A stretch of DNA of 64,000 nt from Candidatus Bathyarchaeota archaeon (GTDB lineage: Archaea; Thermoproteota; Bathyarchaeia; TCS64), in NCBI GenBank assembly GCA_963771885.1, contig CAVYVF010000023.1, forward strand, positions 832,001-896,000, read 5' to 3'. Below, piece by piece: positions 27,976 to 37,668 of this stretch. The notes beneath the pieces were generated by a model. The model was given only the letters and a program-made list of their open reading frames with translations. It had not been told where the DNA came from and ran no database searches. Position numbers and translations under genes: made by a program. Numbering within the stretch: position 1 is the first letter of the stretch; each line of letters opens with the position of its first letter.

Positions 27976-28662
27976 TTGGTGAGCCAGTTGAAGGTATCGA
28001 TAAGCCTCGGCGGAAGCCTCCTCACCCGCACCATGGACGCCGCTTCCTATAGCCAATACGCGGACGTCCTCAGACGCTTACACGATGGGGGGCACACGGT
28101 TGTCGTTACCTGTGGAGGCGGCAGACCCGCCCGCCAATACATCTCGATAGCCAAGGATTTGAACTCCTCACGGAGTCTCCAGGACAACCTGGGGATACTG
28201 GCGACACACGTCAACGCCCTCCTACTCATTGCTGCGCTAGGCGACGCCGCAGATCCGCGGGTGCACCGCAGAGCCGATGAGGTGAGGCGCCACCTCGGTG
28301 AAAGGATACTAGTAGGCGGAGGCCACAAGCCGGGAAGCAGCACAGACTACAGGGCTGTGATATTCGCTGAAGCGATCTGCGCGGACCTGATTATCAACGC
28401 CACCGACGTCCCCGGTATCTACGATAAGAACCCCAAGACCAACCCAGACGCCCGCAAACTTGATACACTTAGCTACGCGGAACTTGAGATAATAGTCAAG
28501 GCGAACACTCGTCAGGCACCGGGCGAGTATGGACTTTTTGACCTTAAGGCGGTCGGGCTCGCTGGAAGGCTTGGCATACCCCTCATCTTCGTCGATGGCA
28601 CAGACCCTGAGGAGATAATAAGAGCGGTTACGGGTGGGCATCATGGCTCGACGGTCCGCTGA
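27976..28662 (+). CDS. pyrH: Archaeal UMP kinase
   Basis: SLGGS, GGG..AR.YI, PG.STD, NATDV.GIYD..P. Confidence 0.92.
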   Translation: MVSQLKVSISLGGSLLTRTMDAASYSQYADVLRRLHDGGHTVVVTCGGGRPARQYISIAKDLNSSRSLQDNLGILATHVNALLLIAALGDAADPRVHRRADEVRRHLGERILVGGGHKPGSSTDYRAVIFAEAICADLIINATDVPGIYDKNPKTNPDARKLDTLSYAELEIIVKANTRQAPGEYGLFDLKAVGLAGRLGIPLIFVDGTDPEEIIRAVTGGHHGSTVR

Positions 28663-28880
28663 GCCGTCGGTTAAACTGAGAAACGGTACTTAAATTACTG
28701 TTAATCCCGTTCATCGACCAAGAAAAAATGGTTATTATCGGTTCAGACTGAAAACACTAAAGATAGATGAAACGAAGTCTAAACTACCCATTTTCATTGG
28801 AAGGGTGCTGAAGCAACCATCAAGACAAGGTAACCTATATATGGCGTGATCCATAGAAGGTGCGTCGAGGCCGAGGAAAC

Positions 28881-30130
28881 ATGAGTGGAAACGCCCCCCT
28901 AGACAGGCTACGCGCGCAGAGGATGCTTGAGCAGCTCGAGAACCTGCAGGGGCGTGGCACCGAGCTCGTCAGCGTCTACGTACCCCCTGGCAAGCAGGTC
29001 TCTGAGGTCATGAATGACCTCGAAACGAGTGGGGCACCGCAGTAAACATCAAGTCTAAGACGACGCGAAAGAACGTGCAGGACGCCTTCACGAAGGTCAT
29101 GGAGCGCCTCAAGCTCTTCAAGACCATACCCCCCACCGGTGTGGCCATATTCGCGGGCAACATCGCGAGCAACCAGCTCGGCGTTGGTGACATGCAGACC
29201 TTCGTCATCGTCCCCCCCGAGCCCATCAGCATCTACTACTACCGCTGCGAGCACCAGTTCCTGCTCGATCCACTATTCAACATGCTCGCCGCCAAGGACA
29301 TCTACGGCCTCGTCGTCATAGACTCTAAGGACGCTATCTTCGGCTTCCTCAAGGGCAATCGAACCGAAATTATAAAGCAATACAGCAGCGGGGTTCAGGG
29401 CAAGACGCGCGCTGGAGGCCAGTCGAGCCGGCGCTACGAGCGCCTTCGGGACATGCATCTTAACGAGTGGTATATACGACTCGGCGGCTATTTCACCGAG
29501 CACTTCCGTGGTGTCCCCGGTCTAAAGGGTATGATCGTCGGTGGTCCCGGCCCCACGAAGGAGGACTTCATTAACGGTAATTATCTCCACTACGAGCTCA
29601 AGGACAAGGTGCTCGCCCAAATCGACACCGGCTATACGGGGCCTGAGGGCATAAAGGAGCTCGTCAACCGCAGCCGTGACATTATGAAGGACGCCCGCTA
29701 CTACGAGGAGCGTAAGAACGTCCAGGAGTTCCTCAAGCACCTCGGTGCTGACGACGGCCTTGGAACATATGGTGAGCAGGAGATATTCCAGGCGCTCAAG
29801 GGGCAGAACGTCCAGCTCCTCCTCATAAGCGAGAACGTCCGTCGGACCCTATTCAGGCTCAAGTGCAAGGCGTGCGGTCACGTGGAGAACAAGGTAGTCG
29901 ACAACGACAAGGCCGTCGATTTCGAGTCCAACCTCTCCTCATTCAAGTGCTTAAAGTGCGGCGGTGAAGTCGAGCTTCTTGAGAAGAAGGACCTCATCGA
30001 GGCGCTCATCGAGATGGCGGAGGTGGCGAACGCGCGCGCTGAGCTCATCTCCGGCAACACGGAGGAGGGTGACATGCTCCTCCGCAGTTTCGGAGGCCTA
30101 GCCGCGGTGACGAACTACCGGACCTTCTAG
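28881..30130 (+). CDS. prf1: Peptide chain release factor aRF1, frameshift at ~29020
   Basis: GRGTELVSVYVP, then in -1 frame GTAVNIKS, YRCE..F, AGGQS; Zn-type CxxC pair in C-terminal domain. Confidence 0.93.
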
Positions 30131-30624
30131 CCCTTTCTCTTCTTCAGGTAAACGTCTATTACTGGATCTACACACTCCCATTCCCCGTCCTCGGCAAGGA
30201 CTTGCCTATCCTCTTCAGAGGTCGGTACGGTTTCGAAGCTGCATCCCTCGTCCCCAAGTATCATGTTCTTTGTATGTATCATCTTCTTCGAGGGGTCGGT
30301 GGCCATTGTCTTTGCGGGGTCAATTAGGCAGTAGAGGGCGCCGAGTTCAGGCTCGCCTAACTCCATCATTACCTTGCCTAGCTCGCATAGCTCCGGTTTG
30401 CCCTCCCTGCGCTCCCAGAAGCCGTACCGTGGGAGCCCCTGGTGACCTGCCGCTGTCCAGTTAGCGACGTTGACTCCGTACTTCTTTATCGACTTGAGTA
30501 TCAGTCTCTTTCCCTCTTCCCAGCCAAACTCGTCTACGAGTGTCCGGGCGTAGGAGAGGTGTAACAGCGCGAGGCGCTGGGTGACGACCTTGACCTCGTT
30601 CTCCGCCTCGTTCAGCGGTACCAT
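30127..30624 (-). CDS. L-2-amino-thiazoline-4-carboxylate hydrolase-like (ATC_hydrolase) family protein
   Basis: RLALLH..YA..LV.EFG.EEG, C.L...G..ELG.LYC.ID, GD..C motifs. Confidence 0.65.
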   Translation of the reverse strand: MVPLNEAENEVKVVTQRLALLHLSYARTLVDEFGWEEGKRLILKSIKKYGVNVANWTAAGHQGLPRYGFWERREGKPELCELGKVMMELGEPELGALYCLIDPAKTMATDPSKKMIHTKNMILGDEGCSFETVPTSEEDRQVLAEDGEWECVDPVIDVYLKKRKG

Positions 30625-30676
30625 CTTCTCGGGCAACTTGATCGATCGACCCTGTGGACTGGGGCAATAAAATGGT

Positions 30677-32251
30677 TTAGCCTGCGGGGGTGGGTATCCA
30701 CCACTCCTCACCACGCTCCGTGGTGATGTACTCGGGCCACCTCATGTCGACGGGGGCCTTGAAGTCCTTCGGGAGCAATGGTGGGACCCACTTGGAGCCG
30801 CCTATGCCTCCGCCTGTCCTCTCCTCGAACTCCTTCCTGCACTGGGCCAGCTCCGCCGGCTTAGTGAGGAGGTCCACCAGGGTCGCCCCGATCACCTTGC
30901 CTCCGGTGAATATCATGGGGTCGATCGTGGCGGGATAACCAGCCATGGCGTTGCCCGCCCAGTGGGGGTATGAGTATCCGGGTTTAGGTGCCTTGAGTAC
31001 GGCCTTCGCCGTGAACATCCTTACGGACGGGCTGTGCCAGGTGTAGTCGACGTAGTCGTCGGCGCCGAAGTGCATCTGCCATGGCTCAAGTGTCTTCCTC
31101 TGCTCCGCCTCGTAGTCGGCGGGAGCTATTAGCTTCTGGCACGCCTCGGTGAATGGGTCCTCCATGGGTTCGAGGCCGAGGCTCTCCTGTATCTGGCGGC
31201 CGAACTTTTTCGCTTTGTCCCCGTACTTGGTTGGTCCCACGATCTCGTGGTTAGAGTAAGTTATGTCCGTCAATGCGTTGTTGGGTAGGCCGACGCGTGT
31301 CTTCGTCACCCACCTAGTTGTGAGCTTGCAGAAGGCTATCTCGGCGACGTGCTTGGCGTTGTTCTCGAGCACGTCGTATATCTGTTGCGCCATGGCGAGG
31401 GTGGGCGTCCTCCAGGCGTACTGTATCTGCCCAATTCTAGGCGGTAGGTTGTCGCTGGTGCACTGTCCCGCTACCATGACGAACTCGTTCAGCGTCCAGT
31501 AGCCGCCATGGGGGAGCATCGCCTCCTTCGTGTACTTGGTCGTCGTGTACATGAGGCAGATTGCGTCAAGGGCTGCTGGGCACCTCCCGCCCGCGTGCCC
31601 TCCAACCTTCATCGGCCCCATCGGTTTGAACCACTTCTCTGGCTCCAGACACTCGAAGGTGAAGACTACGCTCCAGTAAGCGCCCATCTGCGTCTCCTTG
31701 AGCGCCGTGTTGACAAATGACGGGTGGTAGCAGATGGAGGCGTCGTGGTCGTCGAAGTAGCCCCACGCGGCGTGGACGGGTTTGGAGCCGCAGACCTTCT
31801 CGGCCGGCTCACCGAATATCTTGAGGGTACCCTTGAGACCATGTTTGTCCATTGCCGCTTTGGCGGCTAGGATGCCAGCGAGCGCCGTAGTGCCCAGCGC
31901 AGAGTGGGGGTCGGTGTGTCCGGCTGCCCACCTGTTCAAGCCGTCCCGGGGTTCTTGCCTCGGCACGGGCTTCTGTGAAGTGCCAGGCACAGCGTCATAC
32001 TCCGCGTATGTGGCTAGCACCGGCCGCCCTTCCCCGTATGTGGCTAGGAAGGCAGTTGGCATCCCGCCCGTGCCCCTCGTGACCTTGAATCCCTCCCCCT
32101 CAAGCAGCTTACAGTAAGCCGCAGAGGACTTGTACTCCCTCCACGCGGGCTCGGCGAAGCCCCATATCTTCTTGTCGAAGGACGATATCATCTTCTCGTT
32201 AGCGTCGACCCAGTCGAGCGCCGTCTGCTTCTCCCTAGAAACCTTGACCAT
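30677..32251 (-). CDS. M20 amidohydrolase (AbgB-like)
   Basis: EP.W.EY.S, MPTAF.A, EYDA.PG.SQ, GEPAE; His-containing GHTDPH motif. Confidence 0.85.
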   Translation of the reverse strand: MVKVSREKQTALDWVDANEKMISSFDKKIWGFAEPAWREYKSSAAYCKLLEGEGFKVTRGTGGMPTAFLATYGEGRPVLATYAEYDAVPGTSQKPVPRQEPRDGLNRWAAGHTDPHSALGTTALAGILAAKAAMDKHGLKGTLKIFGEPAEKVCGSKPVHAAWGYFDDHDASICYHPSFVNTALKETQMGAYWSVVFTFECLEPEKWFKPMGPMKVGGHAGGRCPAALDAICLMYTTTKYTKEAMLPHGGYWTLNEFVMVAGQCTSDNLPPRIGQIQYAWRTPTLAMAQQIYDVLENNAKHVAEIAFCKLTTRWVTKTRVGLPNNALTDITYSNHEIVGPTKYGDKAKKFGRQIQESLGLEPMEDPFTEACQKLIAPADYEAEQRKTLEPWQMHFGADDYVDYTWHSPSVRMFTAKAVLKAPKPGYSYPHWAGNAMAGYPATIDPMIFTGGKVIGATLVDLLTKPAELAQCRKEFEERTGGGIGGSKWVPPLLPKDFKAPVDMRWPEYITTERGEEWWIPTPAG

Positions 32252-32325
32252 GAACCCACACCTGGTTCAGATCAGATGAAAAGGCGATTTATAATTTGCC
32301 TAAACTAAGCGTGGGGGGAATGGAC

Positions 32326-33639
32326 TCACTTGATGAAGCTGGTCTCGGTGACCGGGCCGCCCTGCGGTAGGGTGCCCTCCCAGCTGAATGTCGAGCCCTC
32401 GCCGACGTGGCTTATCGAGACCGTGTGCGTCGGCATCCAGACGACGGGGGCCGAGACTATGATTGTCCAGCCTCCGCTCTTGTACTCTATCTTCGTGGCG
32501 CCGACGATTCCCTCTGGGACGAGGTTCTTTTCCGTCCACTCGATGGGTATCTCACCAACTGCCTCTGGATGCTTCTCGACTAGATAATCGAGGCACATCT
32601 TGCGCGCAATGTCTGGGGTGTAGATGAGCCTTGGCATCGTGTCAGGGTCACCCTCGGGTGTCACCTCGCCGCTCTGATCTACCTTGCCCGTCCACACCGT
32701 CTCACCCTTCTCGATGGTTATGGTGTAGGTAGGCTTCCAGACGACGGCGTTCTCGACAGTAACCGTCCAGTCACCGCTAGTATATCGGGTCTTCTGTGCG
32801 CCGAGTATCCCCTCGGGAGTCAGGTCCTCAACCTTCCACTCTTGCGGGATTAGGTCCGTCATGCCGAGGCTCTCGATGAGCCGGAGAACTGCTGCATCCC
32901 TGGCGTCGTCGATCGTCAGGATTATCTCCTGGTTGCCTGTGGGCTGCTGCTTGAGCTCGTCCCACACGTCATCTATCTGGGCGAGGGTCACAACACCCTC
33001 AGTGACGTGTATGGTGACGACGTGGTGGGTGATGACCTGGGCGAGCATCTGGTCGGTCCTGTCGCCGAACCCTGCGTGGAGACAATCGAACTCTATTACG
33101 ACTCCCCAAAATCCGGGGGCCACGAAGGTCTGAGCCAACCAGGAGTCGATTACCCTGACCGAGCCTTCGACGCCGTCAAACTTGAAGGTGGGTGCGTTGA
33201 TGAGCCAGTTGAGAGCTATCGCCTCGGCGACTGCCTTGCCCTCGTCGGCGACCGGCTCCTGCTTGAGCTCATCCCACTTACCGTCGATGATGGTGCTTAT
33301 GACCTCTCCATCTAGGATTGTCACAACCGCCTTGTGGGGGGTAAGCGCCTGAGTTACTGGTTGGCCAGTCCTGTCTCCGTAACCGCCGTGAAGGCAGACG
33401 AAACCAACGGTCACCACGTACTGTGGCGGATAGCTCTTGTTGAGCCAGACTTCCTCAACGATGAGGGACGATGGTATACCGTCGAAGCTGAAGGTTGGGC
33501 CGTCCTCGATGAAGCTCAGGGCTATCTCCTCGGGTGTCTTAATTCTAAAAGCGTCCCCGGGGTTCTGGAGCGCGTAGATGCTTGTTGGAACGATCATCAA
33601 TGTGAGGATGACCGCTGTCAGTGTTACTATCTTGTTCAT
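32326..33639 (-). CDS. Secreted protein with two pairs of internal domain repeats
   Basis: N-terminal signal peptide; PTF.FDG...CLH.G.GDRT.Q...WDELKQ twice; W...L.PEGI.GA....Y.SG.WT...VVW.PT twice. Confidence 0.85.
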   Translation of the reverse strand: MNKIVTLTAVILTLMIVPTSIYALQNPGDAFRIKTPEEIALSFIEDGPTFSFDGIPSSLIVEEVWLNKSYPPQYVVTVGFVCLHGGYGDRTGQPVTQALTPHKAVVTILDGEVISTIIDGKWDELKQEPVADEGKAVAEAIALNWLINAPTFKFDGVEGSVRVIDSWLAQTFVAPGFWGVVIEFDCLHAGFGDRTDQMLAQVITHHVVTIHVTEGVVTLAQIDDVWDELKQQPTGNQEIILTIDDARDAAVLRLIESLGMTDLIPQEWKVEDLTPEGILGAQKTRYTSGDWTVTVENAVVWKPTYTITIEKGETVWTGKVDQSGEVTPEGDPDTMPRLIYTPDIARKMCLDYLVEKHPEAVGEIPIEWTEKNLVPEGIVGATKIEYKSGGWTIIVSAPVVWMPTHTVSISHVGEGSTFSWEGTLPQGGPVTETSFIK

Positions 33640-33778
33640 TTCTCCTCACCGATCAGTTGTGGAATGTTCGGTATAATCCCACAGTTTAGTACACTAGTTC
33701 TACTGTTTAGAACGGTGCTTATTGACGGTTTGCCAACTCGATAATTATTAATACGTTCTCGTCCCGAGCAGCACCAAT

Positions 33779-34945
33779 ATGTCTACTGAACCGGGGAGCA
33801 AGAGCGTCAAGCCGCTGGGGAACAGTGATCTGAATGATCACGGGAACGGTGGCCAGGTCACCGTCGCCCGCAGGGGTCACGAGTACTACGCCTACGTCGG
33901 GCACATGCAGGAGATGGGCACCACGATCGTAAAAGTCACCGATCCCCGGAAGCCTCAGGTGGTCTCCCAGATCCCTGCGCCAGAGGGCACACACTGCCAC
34001 AAGGTCAGGGTCTGCGGCGACGTCATGCTCGTCAACAACGAGCAGCTAAGTGGTAAGAGGTGGGAGGCGGGGCTCCGCCTCTTCGATGTCTCCGACCCCG
34101 CGAAGCCGAGGGAGACCGGCTTCTTCCAGACCGCGGGAAAGGGCGTCCACCGATACTGGGTAGACTGCGAGAAGAAGCTGGCCTATATCTCAGCCGAAAT
34201 GGATGGATACCACAAAGCGATATTTGTAGTCGTCGACTTCTCAGACCCGAGTAAGCCGAGGGAAGTCTCGCGCTGGTGGCTCCCCGGCCAGTGGACGGCG
34301 GGAGGCGAGGTGCCGACGTGGGACACGAAGAGGAAGTCCTTTTGGCATCACCACCCCGTCGTCCTCGGCGACAGGGCGTATCTCGGTTACTGGGACGCTG
34401 GGTTCATCATACTAGACATATCAAACATCAAGAAACCGCGCTTCGTGAGCCGCGGCGACTACAGCCCTTCCTACGGTGGCGTCTTCCACACCGCCCTCCC
34501 AGTCGACAGGCCCATCCTCGGCCGTAGATGGATGATAGGCACACAGGAGTCGCTCGCCCCGCCGAGCAAGGAGGGGAAGAAGCTCATGTGGGTAATCGAC
34601 ATCACCGCAGAGGAGAACCCCGTCCCCGTCGCTACGTTCGATGTGCCCATCGACGACCCAGCGAAGATCGAGGACAGGTTCGGTCCTCATCAGCCCCATG
34701 AGGATGTCCACCTGAAGGACGACCTCGTCTACGTCTCTTGGTTCGGCGGAGGGCTACGCGTCGTAGACGTCCATAACCCATACCAGCCACGCGAGGTCGG
34801 CTACTGGGTGCCCAAATGTGATAGTCAGAAGATGGTGCAGACGAACGACGTCTTCGTCGATGACAGGGGCTTCATCTACACAATCGACCGCTTCGAGAGG
34901 GGCCTCGATATTCTGGAGTACACGGGGCCTAGACGCGAGGTCTAG
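33779..34945 (+). CDS. LVIVD-repeat beta-propeller protein
   Basis: Repeated units YAYVG...IVKVTDP.KP, LFDVSDP.KP, VVDFSDP.KP, ILDIS..KP, VVDV.NP. Confidence 0.8.
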   Translation: MSTEPGSKSVKPLGNSDLNDHGNGGQVTVARRGHEYYAYVGHMQEMGTTIVKVTDPRKPQVVSQIPAPEGTHCHKVRVCGDVMLVNNEQLSGKRWEAGLRLFDVSDPAKPRETGFFQTAGKGVHRYWVDCEKKLAYISAEMDGYHKAIFVVVDFSDPSKPREVSRWWLPGQWTAGGEVPTWDTKRKSFWHHHPVVLGDRAYLGYWDAGFIILDISNIKKPRFVSRGDYSPSYGGVFHTALPVDRPILGRRWMIGTQESLAPPSKEGKKLMWVIDITAEENPVPVATFDVPIDDPAKIEDRFGPHQPHEDVHLKDDLVYVSWFGGGLRVVDVHNPYQPREVGYWVPKCDSQKMVQTNDVFVDDRGFIYTIDRFERGLDILEYTGPRREV

Positions 34946-34972
34946 GTGACTCTGGAAAAACTGTTTTTCCTC

Positions 34973-37405
34973 TTAGGCGAGTGTGAGGGTCAGGCTTACG
35001 CCTGCGTGTCCCTCTACCTCTGCTTCGCCTGATCCCTGCTCGTAGGCGATCTCTTCTATCTTGAGGGTCTCCTTCACGTCTTTGTCCCCGAGGCGCGCGT
35101 CAGCTAGCGCCTTCTCGTCTGCGTAGACGATGAGCCTCTTCGCCGGCTTGTTGAGTGGGACACCCTGCTTGTTCTTCTGCTTCCTGACCTCGCCCATGAT
35201 GGCGGTTACTAGGTCTCCCGCTCTCTCCGCCTCCTCGTCCACCATCGCCGCGTCGTACTCGGGCCACTTGCTGAGGTGGATGCTGTCCTTAGGGCCTGTT
35301 GAGTACATGGTGCTGTAAATCTCCTCGGTGATGTGTGGAGTCACCGGGGCGAGCATCTGGAGCATCCTTATTATCGTGTAGTTTAACGTCTGCTGCGCCG
35401 CCAGCTTGGCGTCGCCCTCTCCGTAGAGCCTGTACTTCGCGGCTTCTAGGTAGTCGTCGCAGAAGACGTGCCACGTGAAGTTGCGTGCCGCCTCGGTGGC
35501 GTTCATCCACTCGCAGTTCTCCATTGCGTCGGTTGACGCCTTCACTGTCTTTTGGAGCTTGGATAGTATCCAGCGGTCAAGGAGCATTGGCTCGGCTTGT
35601 TTGCTAGGGTCATGGTCTTCTAGCCTCATGGCGCTGAATCTGCACGCGTTCCAGAGCTTTGTCATGAAGCGGCGCCCGTACTCTACGTCCTCCCACCTGA
35701 AGGGGATGTCCGTGCCTGTGCTTCCGCCCGCTGCTGCCCACTGGCGCGCCGCGTCGGCGCCATGCTTGCTGAATACCTCGGGAGTGTTGACGAAGTTACC
35801 TAAGCTTTTACTCATCTTCCTCCCGTCGCCGCCAAGCACCATGCCGTTGATGAGGACTGATTTGTAGGCAGGCTCGTCGAAGAGGGCTAGGTGGCGGACC
35901 ATGAGGTAATATGCCCAGGTCCTGATGATGTCCTGTCCGCTCGGGTGTATGCTCGCGGGGAAGAGGTTGTGCCAGTCCTTCCTGTCGGGCCAGCCCGCGT
36001 GGATGGCGCAGGTCATGCTGCTGTCAAACCACGTGTCCATGACATCGTAGTCGGGAATGAACTCTGAACCACCGCACTTGGCGCAAGTGCCCCGCGGCTG
36101 CGTCACTTTGGTATCTACTGGTAGCTCCTGGGGGTCGGCTAGGTGTATCTCGCCGCATTTTTTGCAGTACCACGCTGGCACCGGTGTGGCGAAGACGCGC
36201 TGTCTGCTGAGCACCCAGTCCCAGTCGAGGCTCTTCGTCCAGTCGATGAGCCTGTACCTCATGAAGTCTGGGTACCAGTCGATCTTCTTCGCCTGCTCGA
36301 TGATCTTGTCGCTGAAGGCTGTGGTCTTCATGAACCACTGCTTGGCATTGACCACCTCGATGGGTGTGTCGCATCGCCAGCACGTGCCGACCTCCTGCTC
36401 GAGGGGCTTCTCCTCTTTGAGTAGGCCTTCCGCCTTGAGGTCTTCGACGATCACTCTCCGGCCCTCAGTGATGCCCATGCCGGCGTACTTGCCCGCGTTC
36501 TCGTTGAGTTTGCCCTTAGCGTCGAGGAGGTTGACTACAGGGAGCTTGAAGCGGGCAACGTCGATGACGTCGGCCTTGTCTCCGTAGGTGCAGATCATCA
36601 TGGCGCCTGTGCCGAACTTGGTGTCGACGTCGTCCTTGGCGATGATGGGTATCTCCTTGTTGTAGAGGGGCGTCTTCGCCTTTTTGCCGATTAGCTTGTT
36701 GTAGCGCTCATCGGTGGGGTTGACACCGATCGCCACGCAGGCGGGGATGTATTCGGGCCGCGTCGTCGCGATTACGAGTTCGCCATCAGGCGTGCTGAAT
36801 GTGAGGCTGTATATCTTCCCCGTCCTCTTGAGGCGCTCCACCTCCGCGTCCGCGATGGCCGTCTCGCATCTGGGGCAGTAGTTGATTGGGTGCTCACCCT
36901 TGTAGATGAGTCCCTTCCCGTAGAGCATTAGGAAGCTGAGCTGTACTTTCCTGATGTAGTCGGGGTCCATGGTGCGGTACTCGAGTTTCCAGTCGATGCT
37001 TATGCCGAGGCGTACTATGGCGGTCCTCATCTTGGCGATGTATTGAGCTACCCATTCCTCGCACATCTTCCGGAAGACGTCTGGAGGGACGTCGCTTCTG
37101 CGTATCTTCTTGTTCTTCTCCACGGCGACCTCGGTCGGCATACCGTGGCAGTCCCAGCCCTGCGGGAAGTGGACGTTGAAGCCACGCATACGCATGTAGC
37201 GTGCCCTCATGTCGAAGTACGTCCAGTTTAGGACGTTTCCCATATGGAAGTCGCCACTTGGGTAGGGGGGTGGTGTGTCGACGCTGTACCTGGGGCGGGC
37301 GTCTCCCTCGTCCCAGTTGTACCTGTACGTGCCCTGCTCCTCCCAGAGCCTCTCCCACTTTTCCTCCGTCTGGAGGAAGTCTATCTTGTTGGGTAGCTGT
37401 TTCAA
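34973..37405 (-). CDS. valS: Valine--tRNA ligase
   Basis: DTPPPY.SG, HMGN, GWDCHGMPTE, DW.LSRQR, KMSKS. Confidence 0.97.
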   Translation of the reverse strand: MKQLPNKIDFLQTEEKWERLWEEQGTYRYNWDEGDARPRYSVDTPPPYPSGDFHMGNVLNWTYFDMRARYMRMRGFNVHFPQGWDCHGMPTEVAVEKNKKIRRSDVPPDVFRKMCEEWVAQYIAKMRTAIVRLGISIDWKLEYRTMDPDYIRKVQLSFLMLYGKGLIYKGEHPINYCPRCETAIADAEVERLKRTGKIYSLTFSTPDGELVIATTRPEYIPACVAIGVNPTDERYNKLIGKKAKTPLYNKEIPIIAKDDVDTKFGTGAMMICTYGDKADVIDVARFKLPVVNLLDAKGKLNENAGKYAGMGITEGRRVIVEDLKAEGLLKEEKPLEQEVGTCWRCDTPIEVVNAKQWFMKTTAFSDKIIEQAKKIDWYPDFMRYRLIDWTKSLDWDWVLSRQRVFATPVPAWYCKKCGEIHLADPQELPVDTKVTQPRGTCAKCGGSEFIPDYDVMDTWFDSSMTCAIHAGWPDRKDWHNLFPASIHPSGQDIIRTWAYYLMVRHLALFDEPAYKSVLINGMVLGGDGRKMSKSLGNFVNTPEVFSKHGADAARQWAAAGGSTGTDIPFRWEDVEYGRRFMTKLWNACRFSAMRLEDHDPSKQAEPMLLDRWILSKLQKTVKASTDAMENCEWMNATEAARNFTWHVFCDDYLEAAKYRLYGEGDAKLAAQQTLNYTIIRMLQMLAPVTPHITEEIYSTMYSTGPKDSIHLSKWPEYDAAMVDEEAERAGDLVTAIMGEVRKQKNKQGVPLNKPAKRLIVYADEKALADARLGDKDVKETLKIEEIAYEQGSGEAEVEGHAGVSLTLTLA

Positions 37406-37668
37406 TGCTTTTCACCGTCTCCCGGACGTGGCTGAATAGGCTCAGGTGTGTGGTGGAGCCTTAAAACCTTGTCCGCGTGATGCAATCTTGCGTCTGGGTT
37501 ATCCTCTTCTCTATGCCCCGCGTGGGGCGAGGACAAAACGATACCCCATAGACAGCCCTCGCATCCGATATAGCTGAAAGTGAAGGATAATAAAAAGATT
37601 TAGCCAGGTGGTGACGGCTCGGTGTTGAAGAAGATCGGTGGTGCACGCGCACTTCTAAGTGTAATCCC

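Noticed and set aside
28745..28782. Hammerhead-like CTGA...GAAAC
   Set aside because: Core is not CTGANGA and the required stems cannot be formed
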